A DNA stretch of 64,000 nucleotides from Nitrospirota bacterium (GTDB lineage: Bacteria; Nitrospirota; Thermodesulfovibrionia; Thermodesulfovibrionales; Dissulfurispiraceae). This document shows positions 48,334-58,508 of the stretch, one piece after another. Positions within the stretch are counted from its first letter, which is position 1. Each line of letters begins with the position of its first letter. The notes under the pieces were generated by a model. The model made no database searches. It had not been told where the DNA came from and saw only the letters and a list, made by a program, of their open reading frames with translations. Position numbers and translations under genes: made by a program. Location: NCBI GenBank assembly GCA_963790025.1, contig CAWBMP010000005.1:288001-352000 (forward strand), in the 5' to 3' direction.

Positions 48334-50658
48334 TTAATCGTAATCGTCTGCGGGGGCGGGCATTTTCTCCACTTTACCGGGAGTGGCGTATTCAGTCGGC
48401 TGCGTGCCCTCTTTAAAGAACTCATACACCTTAGGGGTCTCGGTGTGCTGGAGCAACCCGAGTATTGTCGTTGGCTCATCGTGCACCAGGAGTCCGGTGG
48501 CCGGGTCTATGGGCAATCTTACTATACCCTGAGGAACAGTAAACTCCTCGACAGGTTCGCCGGCAAGGGCATTCCTCATGAAGTTTGCCCATATTGGAGC
48601 TGCCGCTCTTCCTCCGACCTCGCCCCTGCCCAGGGACTTTCTCATATCGTCGAAACCGACCCACACACACGCCGCAAGTTGAGGCGTGTAGCCCACAAAC
48701 CAGGCATCCTTGTAATCATTGCTGGTACCGGTCTTGCCGGCGGCAGGCCGCCCGATATCCGCCCTCATTCCGGTGCCGTAGCGGATAACATCCTCCATCA
48801 TCGAGGTAATCAGGAACGCTGTTTGGGGGGAGATAGACTCAAGGCCTTCGGGTTCATTGCTCTCAAGCACGTTATCGTGAACATCAGAGACGTATTTAAT
48901 TGCAATGGGCGTCATTTTTACACCGCCGCTGGCAAACGTGGAGAATGTCAGTGCCAATTCCATAGGAGTGACGCTTATTGAGCCTAGCGCGATAGTAAGT
49001 TCTCTCGGCATGCTGGTATTTATACCAACGTCCCGGGCAAAGGCCATTACAGTATCAATACCCACAGCCTCCACAAGCTTCACGGTCACGATATTCCTGG
49101 AATAGGCCAGGGCTTCCCGCAGCCTGGTAGGCCCATGAAATTTATGGTCATAGTTCTCCGGCCGCCACTCGCCTGCCGGTCCTCCCGGATAAGACACGGG
49201 TGCGTCATTGATGACGCTTGCAGGTGTGAAATTATGCTCCAGTGCAGCAGCATATATTATCGGTTTAAAGGCAGAACCAGGTTGCCGCTGTGCATTCAGC
49301 GCCCTGTTGAACTCGCTCCTGGTAAAACTATAGCCTCCGACTATCGCCCTGATATACCCTGTTTCAGGCTCTATCGCTGCGAGTGCGCCCTCAACCTCCG
49401 GCTCCTGCTCAAGGCTGAAGGTGATATTTCTGCTCGCAATAGTTTTGAATTTGACCCAAATTATGTCGCCGTGCTGAAGGATGTCGGTTAATCTGAAATT
49501 ATTTGCAGGATCAGCCTTCCTGGTGTTTTTGACTATACTATGGCCGGCCCAGAGTGCGTCTTTCAAAAGCAATTTGCCTGTGAGCCCCCGTGCCTTGACA
49601 ACCGCTTCCTTTGGACCGACCGAAAGCACGATTCCCGTAGATATATCTCCTGCCGCTGCTGTAAATGAGACCCTGTGCCCCGATGTATCTTCTTTTATCA
49701 AATCTTTATGACCGATCGGTCCGCGCCACCCCTGCCGCTTGTCAACTTCACGCAAACCTTCCTGCAGAGCCCGCTGGGCACGCATCTGCGAACTTTTGCT
49801 TAGAGTGGTATAAACCTTCATGCCGCCCTTGTAAACCGATTCAACGCCGTATTTCTGTTCCATTTGCTGCCTGATATATTCAAGAAAATAATTGTAAGTA
49901 TCCGTATCGGACTTCAAGGACGTCAGGGCGGGTATTACAGCTTTTGCCAGAGCCCTTTGAGAGGATGTTATATATCCGGCATCCTCCATTCTCGCCAGAA
50001 CGACTTCCTGCCGTTCCTTGGCTTTCACAAGGTCATTGTAAGGAGAATAGGTGGAGGGCGCCTTGATGAGACCTGCCAGCATGGCTGCCTCCGGAAGAGA
50101 CAGCTGGCCCACTGATTTGCCGAAGTAGGTCCGCGCTGCCATCTCGACACCATAGGCACCGTGCCCGAAATATACCTTGTTCAGATATAACTCCAGTATC
50201 TCTTTTTTTGAAAGCTCATGTTCGAGTTTCATGGCAAGTTTGGCCTCCCGGAGTTTTCTTGAGATGGTTTTCTCGGGAGAGAGGAACACTATTTTGGCCA
50301 GCTGCTGGGTGATAGTGCTGCCGCCTTCTTTCAGGCTGCCATGAATAAGGTCTTGAAAGAGCGCACGGGCTATACCTATGTAATCTATGCCTTTGTGGCG
50401 CCAGAAGCGGGCATCCTCTACGGCGATTACCGCGTTTTTGAGGTTATTCGGGATTTTTTCGATGGGGACAAAGATCCCCTTTTCGACTTTGAACTCGCCT
50501 ATCAGGGAGTCGTCATCGGCATATACTTTTGTCCCGTTGGTAGCATGGTAATTTTTGAGTTCAGCTATCGAGGGAACTCCCTGTGCAATGGCGAGATAGC
50601 CGCCGGTCGCCGAACCGATGACGACAATCAAAAGAAGCAAGAGCAACTTAAAGCGCAT
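48334..50658 (-). CDS. mrcA: Penicillin-binding protein 1A
   Basis: EDARF, GGSTITQQ, RK..E; SAFK, SRN, KTG. Confidence 0.9.
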   Translation of the reverse strand: MRFKLLLLLLIVVIGSATGGYLAIAQGVPSIAELKNYHATNGTKVYADDDSLIGEFKVEKGIFVPIEKIPNNLKNAVIAVEDARFWRHKGIDYIGIARALFQDLIHGSLKEGGSTITQQLAKIVFLSPEKTISRKLREAKLAMKLEHELSKKEILELYLNKVYFGHGAYGVEMAARTYFGKSVGQLSLPEAAMLAGLIKAPSTYSPYNDLVKAKERQEVVLARMEDAGYITSSQRALAKAVIPALTSLKSDTDTYNYFLEYIRQQMEQKYGVESVYKGGMKVYTTLSKSSQMRAQRALQEGLREVDKRQGWRGPIGHKDLIKEDTSGHRVSFTAAAGDISTGIVLSVGPKEAVVKARGLTGKLLLKDALWAGHSIVKNTRKADPANNFRLTDILQHGDIIWVKFKTIASRNITFSLEQEPEVEGALAAIEPETGYIRAIVGGYSFTRSEFNRALNAQRQPGSAFKPIIYAAALEHNFTPASVINDAPVSYPGGPAGEWRPENYDHKFHGPTRLREALAYSRNIVTVKLVEAVGIDTVMAFARDVGINTSMPRELTIALGSISVTPMELALTFSTFASGGVKMTPIAIKYVSDVHDNVLESNEPEGLESISPQTAFLITSMMEDVIRYGTGMRADIGRPAAGKTGTSNDYKDAWFVGYTPQLAACVWVGFDDMRKSLGRGEVGGRAAAPIWANFMRNALAGEPVEEFTVPQGIVRLPIDPATGLLVHDEPTTILGLLQHTETPKVYEFFKEGTQPTEYATPGKVEKMPAPADDYD

Positions 50659-50688
50659 CTGTTCATTATAAAAGGACGCTACAAACTT

Positions 50689-51063
50689 TTACAACTTGTC
50701 ACTTCTTTTCTTACTCTCGCTCCACGCGAGTATGAAGACACCTGCGGAGATGAAGAGAGTGCCGATCGCAATATTGGCTGTCAGCGGCTCTCCAAGAAAG
50801 ACATAGGAACCGATCGCTACTGTAATATAGAGTATCGATGCCGCTGAAAGCGCTATGGACAAACGGGTATGCTTGAGTATCTGCATCCAGGCAATAAAGG
50901 ATAGTATATAGAAGCTGTACCCTACCGGGATAAGGTAGTTGGGCATCCATCCCGACCAGGAAGACTTGACAGCTCCGGCCTTGACGAGCAGTTGGGCAGT
51001 TGTATCTGAAGACACGAGCAGCAGCCAGAAAAAAATTGTTTTTAATAGGTTGCCTTTTGCCAT
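50689..51063 (-). CDS. SMR/EamA-like small membrane transporter subunit
   Basis: Four TM segments; QLLVKAG, LSIA, FLGE. Confidence 0.75.
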   Translation of the reverse strand: MAKGNLLKTIFFWLLLVSSDTTAQLLVKAGAVKSSWSGWMPNYLIPVGYSFYILSFIAWMQILKHTRLSIALSAASILYITVAIGSYVFLGEPLTANIAIGTLFISAGVFILAWSESKKRSDKL

Positions 51064-52283
51064 CAGCCTTCAGCCTTTTTTAGCGTCTTTTCCAGCGTCT
51101 TGAGATCATCGTCCAGGGTCGACCATGAGATGTTACGGGCGATTGTTTTAAAAATAAGGTGAACAACAGGATTTCGGTGTTTGCAATAATTGGTAAGTGG
51201 AATTAATTTATGTCCCACATCATATTTCGCCCGATACCCCGTCTGCCCGCTTTGCAGTTCCTCTGCCCCTGCGAAGAGCGCCCACTTTACCGCCGCTTCC
51301 CAAAGCCGGAAATAGAGGAACCAGTCACCTCTATATGAATAGTCAATGCCGATGAACTTATTTATGACCCTTTTCCCCACTAGAAAGCAGAGCATGAATG
51401 CGACCAGTTTGCCGTTCGAAGCATCGCGGAGCAGAACAAAATGGGACACCGGGCACGCGGAAATCAGCTTGAAGAATCCAGAAGTCAGGCGTTCAAACTT
51501 TGTCTTGCCGCGCTCATAAGTCTGAAGAAAGAGGGGAAATATTTCCCCAAGCAGCGCATCATCCGGCGACCGGACAAAGGATTCTTCAAGGTTCCCCATC
51601 CGACGACTCCGTCTCAGTTTCTTGCGCAGCTGGTATCTCTGGTTTGACCTGAGGTCCCCCAGATAATCATCAAATGCTTTTCCCCGAAATTCCAGCCTGG
51701 TTCCCGGATAGCTGACCAAACTGAATAGTCCGTACTTGTTCAAAGATGGGCTGATCTCTCTCACTGTCTCGTCAGGCAAGTCTTTCCAGATTATCATTGA
51801 TGCCTTGAACCGTCGCGCGCCGGCATCGAGCTCGCGCTGCATTACAGGTATAACGTCACGCAGTTCCCCGCCATATATCAGACCGACTGTGCCTTCGTCG
51901 GCGCATGGAGACCCTACAAAAAGGGTGCGCTGATATTTGAGACCGGGAAAGAATTTTGCCGGTATGTTGAGCATCCGGGTGATTAACTGAGGCGCGACAA
52001 TGTCTATAGGCACATCCATGATAAAAGTGGGGGCAATACCTATCCTGATGCCTGCACGCATTATTACTGCATAGGCGAATGTGAACTGGTCCTCAATGCC
52101 GCACTGCTCAAGGGTGTTGTACCACCAGAAACCCTCAAGAGGCGGAGGGAAGCACCGCTCCCACAGGTCTTGCGGGATTTCGTCTGCCCTGCTTACCCAT
52201 TGAATTTCTATATCCGGGGAATTAGACAGAGGATACCGGCTGTATGGCCGTCTTGAAAAACGCAATGGACTCTTCAGCCACAC
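51063..52283 (-). CDS. GNAT/FemAB-like acyltransferase (start uncertain)
   Basis: FDDYL..L....R...RKK; LYF.L; GQTGY.AK. Confidence 0.7.
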   Translation of the reverse strand: MWLKSPLRFSRRPYSRYPLSNSPDIEIQWVSRADEIPQDLWERCFPPPLEGFWWYNTLEQCGIEDQFTFAYAVIMRAGIRIGIAPTFIMDVPIDIVAPQLITRMLNIPAKFFPGLKYQRTLFVGSPCADEGTVGLIYGGELRDVIPVMQRELDAGARRFKASMIIWKDLPDETVREISPSLNKYGLFSLVSYPGTRLEFRGKAFDDYLGDLRSNQRYQLRKKLRRSRRMGNLEESFVRSPDDALLGEIFPLFLQTYERGKTKFERLTSGFFKLISACPVSHFVLLRDASNGKLVAFMLCFLVGKRVINKFIGIDYSYRGDWFLYFRLWEAAVKWALFAGAEELQSGQTGYRAKYDVGHKLIPLTNYCKHRNPVVHLIFKTIARNISWSTLDDDLKTLEKTLKKAEG

Positions 52284-53055
52284 GATCTTTCTGGTTGTCG
52301 AGCGTCAGCATATGATAGGTATCTTTCAGAAGGACCTTGCGCACAGTAGCAGAACCGATATGGCGCTCCACATAATCCGCGTTCCTGATGCTGGCCATGT
52401 CGTCCTCCAATGCATGCAGTATGAGCGTCGGGGCCTTTACCCTGTGTATGGTTTTTTTGACCGTCTTTATTAATTTGAACAGTTCGTGCATGCTTTGCGC
52501 GGGGAAATTGGAATAGGCCACAGTATTTTCCCTGAGTGCCTTCTTGATTTGTTCTCTCATGCGCTCATTTTTCACCCCGTAGGGTTCCCGCTCGCCGTAA
52601 GAGTAAAAATACCTGAAAGGAGGATAGTAGGATATGGGGAGCAGAAAGCGGTACCAGGGCAGACTCCAGCCGTCATAGAAAAGTGTCGTTGAAAGCGCAG
52701 CGACAGACGAAACCCTATCCTGTTCTCTGTACGCCAGATATAGGGCCAGCAATGCGCCCATGCACAGTCCTCCAACGGAAACAGTTTCGTGCTCTCTTTT
52801 CAGTTCTTCAAATGTTCCATGCACGGTTTCATACCAGTCATTCCAAGTTGTATTTTTAAGGTTGCTGACCGTACTGCCGTGTCCGGCAAGACAGGGGGCT
52901 TTGACCGTAAACCCGTTTTTGTGCAATTTTCTGGCAAGGGGTTTCAACTCAAAGGGACTTCCGGTCAGCCCGTGAATCAAAAGGATCGCATCATCGCCTC
53001 CCGCCAGATCGATACCGTCTATATTAACTTTAGGGGCTATACCGGGGCTGCTCAT
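52222..53055 (-). CDS. Alpha/beta hydrolase with Cys nucleophile motif
   Basis: LLIHGLTGSP, GLCMG, HALEDD, YHM. Confidence 0.8.
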   Translation of the reverse strand: MSSPGIAPKVNIDGIDLAGGDDAILLIHGLTGSPFELKPLARKLHKNGFTVKAPCLAGHGSTVSNLKNTTWNDWYETVHGTFEELKREHETVSVGGLCMGALLALYLAYREQDRVSSVAALSTTLFYDGWSLPWYRFLLPISYYPPFRYFYSYGEREPYGVKNERMREQIKKALRENTVAYSNFPAQSMHELFKLIKTVKKTIHRVKAPTLILHALEDDMASIRNADYVERHIGSATVRKVLLKDTYHMLTLDNQKDRVAEESIAFFKTAIQPVSSV

Positions 53056-54281
53056 ACTGCCCTCACTATAAGCACTGCATTGGTACCGCCGAAAGCAAAG
53101 GAGTTAGTCATGGCAGTACGCACATTCAGTCCGGTCCTGCCGGTATTTGGAACATAATCCAGATCGCATTCGGGATCAGGTGTCTTAAGATGTGCAGTAG
53201 GGGGGACCGCCTTATTTTTTATCGCTAGCAGAGTGATTACAAATTCAACTGCTCCCGCAGCTCCCATCAGGTGTCCGTGCATGGATTTTGTCGAGCTGAC
53301 GGGAACAGAGTATGTCCGTTCGCCGAAGGCCTTTTTCAGTGCCTGTGTTTCAATAATGTCGTTGGCGCCTGTCGCTGTTCCGTGGGCGTTAATATAGTCT
53401 ATTGCATCGGTCTGCAGTGAGGCCTCGTCAAGCGCCTGCCGTATAGCACGCACTTGCCCGTCGATGGAAGGTCCCGTGATATGAGATGCATCTGCCGTTG
53501 AACCGTAACCGGCTATCTCGCCATAAATGGTTGCGCCCCTTTTTTTAGCCTTTTCCATCTCCTCAAGAACTACCACCGCAGATCCCTCACCCAGGACAAA
53601 ACCAGTCCTGTCTTTCGAGAAGGGTTTGCACGATGCCCCAGGATCGTCCTGGTCTTCCAGTGCCAGCACGCCCAGTGATTCCCAGGCTTTAATGGAGCCA
53701 TAGGTGAAGAGGCTTTCGGTTCCTCCAGCCATAATGACATCCGTAAGCCCTGTCTTGATCCGGCGGTATGCTTCTCCGATTGCAATCGCGGATGATGAAC
53801 AGGCTGTAGAAAAAGTAAGGCAGGGGCCCCGCAGTCCGTACTGTATAGACATATGCGATGCAGAAGCATTGCACATTATTTTTGGCACAGAGAGAGGACT
53901 GACCCTTGATGCATTTTTTTTGTACAGCTGGTAGTTGACCTCATCAATTGTGATGGCCCCGCCCAGTCCTGTTCCCATATATACGCCTGTGCGTTCCCTC
54001 TCTTCATCGTCGAGCGTGATGCCGGAATCGCCCCATGCCTGCTCTGATGCCATGAGCGCGAGTTGTGTGACCCGGTCGAAATTTCTGACCTGCTTTACCG
54101 AGAAATGCTCTGATGGATTGAAGGAAACTTCCGCTGCAATAGTGGTAGATAAGTGCTCAGCAAAATCGGCGGTTATCCTCCTGACCCCTGACTTTCCAGC
54201 CATCAGATTGTCGAAAACTTCATGAGCGGTATTGCCTACAGGAGAAATAATGCCCATTCCTGTGACCACAACCTTTCTCAA
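53052..54281 (-). CDS. Beta-ketoacyl-ACP synthase II-like
   Basis: TACSSS, NAHGT, GHLMGAAG, NSFAFGG. Confidence 0.92.
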   Translation of the reverse strand: MRKVVVTGMGIISPVGNTAHEVFDNLMAGKSGVRRITADFAEHLSTTIAAEVSFNPSEHFSVKQVRNFDRVTQLALMASEQAWGDSGITLDDEERERTGVYMGTGLGGAITIDEVNYQLYKKNASRVSPLSVPKIMCNASASHMSIQYGLRGPCLTFSTACSSSAIAIGEAYRRIKTGLTDVIMAGGTESLFTYGSIKAWESLGVLALEDQDDPGASCKPFSKDRTGFVLGEGSAVVVLEEMEKAKKRGATIYGEIAGYGSTADASHITGPSIDGQVRAIRQALDEASLQTDAIDYINAHGTATGANDIIETQALKKAFGERTYSVPVSSTKSMHGHLMGAAGAVEFVITLLAIKNKAVPPTAHLKTPDPECDLDYVPNTGRTGLNVRTAMTNSFAFGGTNAVLIVRAV

Positions 54282-54551
54282 TTATTCACCCCGGGCGGCG
54301 ACATCGCCTGGGCCTGAGTGCTGTTCGCGTACAAGCCTGTCGATAATATCGATCACGTCCTGTACCGTTGTGATTTTGACTTCTCTGTCGGGAATTTTTA
54401 TTTTGAATTCATCCTCAAGAGTAAACATGAATTCGATCTTGTCGAGGGAGTCAAGGCCGAGACTGTCTAGCGTCGCCCCGGGCACAAGCATGTCCTCATT
54501 AAGTTCCAGGCTATCGATGAAAAGTTTTTTGATTCTCTCAAAAGTACTCAT
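54282..54551 (-). CDS. Acyl carrier protein
   Basis: LGLDSLD phosphopantetheine motif. Confidence 0.9.
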   Translation of the reverse strand: MSTFERIKKLFIDSLELNEDMLVPGATLDSLGLDSLDKIEFMFTLEDEFKIKIPDREVKITTVQDVIDIIDRLVREQHSGPGDVAARGE

Positions 54552-54907
54552 GCAGCATGTCCTATTATCGCAATGCCTATGGCCGTGATCGCGACTCCGA
54601 GCCATTCGGTCCTGCCCACGTGCTCCTTAAGTACAAAGACGGAGAAAAGTATGATAATAATCTTTTGAAGACCGGTGAGAGGAAAAGCAACCGACAGTGG
54701 AATGAAAGAAACCAGTATTATCCAGTTAGTCATCTCAACCAGGTATGCCAGGATGCCCGTAAGTACCCATTTGTTTCTTATTAGTTTAAGATAATAGGCG
54801 AAGCCGCAGGTGTCGCAATGAGTCAACGCCCCTTTTTTCAGGCATATTTGCGTGACGCTCTCCATTGTGGCCCCCAATATGAACAGCGGCGCCCATTTTA
54901 GCAGCAT
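54548..54907 (-). CDS. SMR/EamA-like small membrane transporter subunit
   Basis: QICLKKG, PLSVAFP, LKEHV. Confidence 0.75.
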   Translation of the reverse strand: MLLKWAPLFILGATMESVTQICLKKGALTHCDTCGFAYYLKLIRNKWVLTGILAYLVEMTNWIILVSFIPLSVAFPLTGLQKIIIILFSVFVLKEHVGRTEWLGVAITAIGIAIIGHAA

Positions 54908-54917
54908 TCTGTCACCT

Positions 54918-56312
54918 TTATACCCGGCACCTTTTCAGCAGCGATTCAAAAAGACTTATGAAGAGGTCTATTTCCTCGTAGCTTATTGTCAATGCCGGAG
55001 CGAGTGTGAATACATTTTTATAATAACCGCCAACATCCAGCACCAATCCGTATTTCGTGCCGTTTTTCACGCCGTTACCCCTGATATTTCCCTTCATGCC
55101 TTCCTGGAATATTTTATCGGCAAGCTCCCTGTCAGGGGTGAAGCCGTCCTTTTTGGTCATCTCTATTCTCAGGGCCAGCCCGAGCCCGTCAACATCTCCC
55201 ATCACCCTGTGCTTTTTCTGCAGTCCCTTGAGGCGGGATATGAAATACTCTCCCTTTTCTGCAACGATCTTGCCGAAATTGTTTTTTTCCAGATATTCCA
55301 TAACGGCGAGGCCCGCGGCAGTACCGAGAGGATTGCTCGAAAATGTAGAATGTGTGGAGCCGGGCGGAAACAATTGCGGGTTGATCAGTTCCTCCCGCGC
55401 CCAGAGCCCGGAGAGCGGATTCAACCCGTTGGTAAGCGACTTGGCAAAGGTGACTATATCGGGCGTTGCCCCGAAGTGCTCAATCGCCCACAGCCTTCCA
55501 GTCCGGTAGAAGCCCATCTGTATTTCATCATCTACAAGCAGTATGTCATATTTTTTAAGTATGGCAGCGAGTTGCACGAAATAGTCCTGAGGCGGGATGA
55601 CGTATCCTCCTGTCGCCTGCACAGGCTCTATAAAAAAGGCGGCGTATTCTGCAACATTATTTTTTTTATCCATAATTCCGTAATATTCGGTCTCAAAGAG
55701 TTTCTCGAATTGGTGTATGCATTCGTAGCCGCATGCGGGGCGCTTCTTGCCGTAAAAGCATCTGAAACAATAAGGAAAGGGAATGAACAAGGCCCTGTTG
55801 CCAAAATGACCGTACTGCTTACGGTACCTGAAACTGCTTGTAAGCTCTGTTGCTGCCAGCGTCCTTCCGTGATAACCACCCATAAAGGCCAGCATAAGGG
55901 ATTTGCCCTGTTTGTTGGTTCGGACAAGCTTGATGCTGTCCTCTATTGCCTGTGACCCGCCGACATTGAAGTGGACTCTTCCCTTGACGCCAAACCGTTT
56001 CTCCGACTCCCTGGAGATAGCTGACGCAAGGAGGATCTTTTCCTTGTGAAGATACTGCGAGGCAACCTGGGGGAGAGCGGTCATCTGGCGGGTATGCGCT
56101 TCTTCGATCTCTTTATTCCTGTACCCGAAATTGACTGCTGAGTACCACATCTGAAGGTCTAGATAGGGGGTGCCTTTCATATCGAAGAGCCATGAGCCCT
56201 CACATCTCGAAAAAATTACGGGATTCTTCAGATAGTGGACCGTATCGCCGTAGGAGCAATACCTTGATTCTAATGCCAGGAGTTCTTTTTCACTTATCTG
56301 GCGGGGTTCCAT
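54918..56312 (-). CDS. Class III PLP aminotransferase
   Basis: GYHGRT, IEPVQ, DEIQMGF.RTG, FAKSL, STF. Confidence 0.9.
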   Translation of the reverse strand: MEPRQISEKELLALESRYCSYGDTVHYLKNPVIFSRCEGSWLFDMKGTPYLDLQMWYSAVNFGYRNKEIEEAHTRQMTALPQVASQYLHKEKILLASAISRESEKRFGVKGRVHFNVGGSQAIEDSIKLVRTNKQGKSLMLAFMGGYHGRTLAATELTSSFRYRKQYGHFGNRALFIPFPYCFRCFYGKKRPACGYECIHQFEKLFETEYYGIMDKKNNVAEYAAFFIEPVQATGGYVIPPQDYFVQLAAILKKYDILLVDDEIQMGFYRTGRLWAIEHFGATPDIVTFAKSLTNGLNPLSGLWAREELINPQLFPPGSTHSTFSSNPLGTAAGLAVMEYLEKNNFGKIVAEKGEYFISRLKGLQKKHRVMGDVDGLGLALRIEMTKKDGFTPDRELADKIFQEGMKGNIRGNGVKNGTKYGLVLDVGGYYKNVFTLAPALTISYEEIDLFISLFESLLKRCRV

Positions 56313-57013
56313 AATAACTGCTCCGATCTATCCTGTCGGCAAGAGGAACAGGACCGCGAGAAAAGCTCCGGTTGACCGATGAGGAACCCGAGATTTTTTT
56401 CTATATAAGTGAAATTATCGAATGACGAGTATGAAAGTGTATTTTCCCTGCAATGATCGGTCAGCTTTCCTTTCGAGAAGACATAGGACGCTTTTTCAGC
56501 AACACAGAAATCGCTTTTGCCATCGCCCACATGAATAACCGGAAGTTTGCCGGCCGCTCTTTCAGAAGTTTTGCACTTGCAAGTACCGGAAGAGCATTTA
56601 GTGTTGGTGTAAGGGAAAAGGGCCTTTAGCGAGCCTTTTTCACAGGCCAGCCTGTTGGCATAAACAGGGACGCCCTCTATGCCCGCATCAGCAAGAAGCT
56701 GATCTATGAAAACCTTGAACCCGTCGCTTATAATGGCGTGTGGAATTCCGGATTTCCTGAGAAACCTGATAAATGGAACAAAACTGTCATGGACGGCAAA
56801 GTTTCCTGTATAAGACAGCAGGTCTTCAAGTGGAGCCTCTATTAGTGACATCTGGGCTGTAAGGCAATCTCTTGATCCGATTGTCCCCTCTTCCCATAAT
56901 CTTTCTGCATGCACCCATTCAGGTTTGGCAAATTGTTTAATCAACGCATCGGTGATATCGGTATCCGTTATGGTGCCGTCAAAGTCGATCGATACAAAGA
57001 ATTTATTGTCCAT
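56294..57013 (-). CDS. HAD-IB phosphatase (MtnX-like)
   Basis: DFDGTIT, ISDG, CKC, GDGKSD. Confidence 0.85.
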   Translation of the reverse strand: MDNKFFVSIDFDGTITDTDITDALIKQFAKPEWVHAERLWEEGTIGSRDCLTAQMSLIEAPLEDLLSYTGNFAVHDSFVPFIRFLRKSGIPHAIISDGFKVFIDQLLADAGIEGVPVYANRLACEKGSLKALFPYTNTKCSSGTCKCKTSERAAGKLPVIHVGDGKSDFCVAEKASYVFSKGKLTDHCRENTLSYSSFDNFTYIEKNLGFLIGQPELFSRSCSSCRQDRSEQLLWNPAR

Positions 57014-57032
57014 AATTTCCCTTTGTCGTGAA

Positions 57033-57048
57033 TGCATATGGCATGCCA
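57033..57048 (-). promoter_or_regulatory. Sigma54 (-24/-12) promoter of the lipid cluster
   Basis: TGGCATGCCATATGCA on the minus strand (GG-N10-GC), directly downstream of an NtrC-type activator gene. Confidence 0.7.
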
Positions 57049-57140
57049 AAGAAAAAAGCCTTATTTATCAAATGCACTTATTAACTGGAATGATAAAGCA
57101 CGAAGAAAATGTATACGAAAAAAGTCAGAGGTTAGGCCCT

Positions 57141-58508
57141 CTAACCTATGTTATATTGCTTTATCTTGTAGTGCAAAACCCTTACCGATATGCCCAGTAT
57201 CCTGGCGGCTTCGGTTTTGTTGTTATCTGTGGCAGCAAGTGCGCTTTCGAGATACCCCCTCTCAAGCCGCTCGATGGCCTCCTGCAAGGGAACTTCGAGA
57301 TTGATATTGAGTTCTTCGGATCCGGTGATTTTTTTTGACAGTTCAGGGGCAGTGGAAGTCTCTTCCACATCGATGACATCTTTTGAAGAGACTGCTACCA
57401 CCCTGTGGATAAACCATTTGAGCTCTCGTATATTGCCCGGCCATGTATAATGCATAAGGTATTCGATGAGCTTTCTTGATACACCAGTCACGTTTTTATG
57501 ATAAATAATATTTGCTTCCTGGATAAATGCCGATACCAGCAGCGGAATGTCCTCTTTGCGCTCTCTCAAGGGAGGCAGTTCAAAGGCGACGCCGTTGATC
57601 CTGTAAAAAAGATCGGAGCGGAAAGAGGCGGAAAGCTCTGACACGTCTTTATTTGTTGCGGAAATGAGCCTGAACTTCACCCTGCGTTCTTTTGGGTCTC
57701 CGATTTTGTAGTATACGCCATCCTCCAGCACCCGTAGCAGTTTCGCCTGGACCACTTCAGGCAGTTCACCGATCTCATCGAGAAACAGCGTGCCGCCGTC
57801 CGCCCTTTCGACCAGTCCTTCCTTAAAAGCGAGCGCGCCGGAAAACGCACCTTTGGTATGCCCAAAAAGTTCACTTTCAAATATGTCCTTTGGGAGCGCG
57901 GAACAGTTTATGGCCACCATTTCCTTTGAGGTCCCTGAAAGCGCGTGTATCCATTCGGCGAGTTTCTCCTTGCCTGTCCCTGTTTCACCTCTGATCAATA
58001 CCGGGATGGCGGATGAAGCCACCATGGGCACCTTATCAACGATCGTTTTCATCCTCCCTTCTCCCGAGGTTACGAAAGGAGGAATGATGCATTTGATTTT
58101 ACGGTCCAGGGAAGTGATTTTTTTCTGGAGGGACCTGTTTTCAAGGTAAACACTGAGTTCGCGTTTGAGTTTTCCCAGATCCAGCGGTTTTGTGAAATAA
58201 TCGGCAGCTCCTTCTTTAAGGGCCGCAATGGCGTCGCCGATAGAGACGTAAGCTGTCATCACTATCACGACCGGCTCGGGATCGATGTTTTTTAATTCCT
58301 GCAGAAAGTCTATCCCGTTTCCATCAGGCAGACGTATATCCAGCAGAACGGCATCCGGGGTATGCGCTTGGAGCGACTCTCTTGCGCCGCCCAGTGAAAT
58401 GGAAGTGGCCACATCGAAGGAGTCTTCGAGCGCAATCTGTATCGATTCATTGAAGTTTGGCTCATCATCTACTATGAGGACGAGCGGTCGAATGTTATGA
58501 TTGACCAT
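57141..58508 (-). CDS. Sigma54-dependent response regulator (NtrC family)
   Basis: REC domain; GETGTGKE; ESELFGH.KGAFSGA; WPGNIREL; Fis HTH. Confidence 0.92.
   Translation of the reverse strand: MVNHNIRPLVLIVDDEPNFNESIQIALEDSFDVATSISLGGARESLQAHTPDAVLLDIRLPDGNGIDFLQELKNIDPEPVVIVMTAYVSIGDAIAALKEGAADYFTKPLDLGKLKRELSVYLENRSLQKKITSLDRKIKCIIPPFVTSGEGRMKTIVDKVPMVASSAIPVLIRGETGTGKEKLAEWIHALSGTSKEMVAINCSALPKDIFESELFGHTKGAFSGALAFKEGLVERADGGTLFLDEIGELPEVVQAKLLRVLEDGVYYKIGDPKERRVKFRLISATNKDVSELSASFRSDLFYRINGVAFELPPLRERKEDIPLLVSAFIQEANIIYHKNVTGVSRKLIEYLMHYTWPGNIRELKWFIHRVVAVSSKDVIDVEETSTAPELSKKITGSEELNINLEVPLQEAIERLERGYLESALAATDNNKTEAARILGISVRVLHYKIKQYNIG

Noticed and set aside
54852..55955. 367-aa plus-strand ORF, and similar long antisense ORFs such as 29745-30512 and 48280-48981
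   Set aside because: Lie opposite well-supported genes and carry no recognisable motifs
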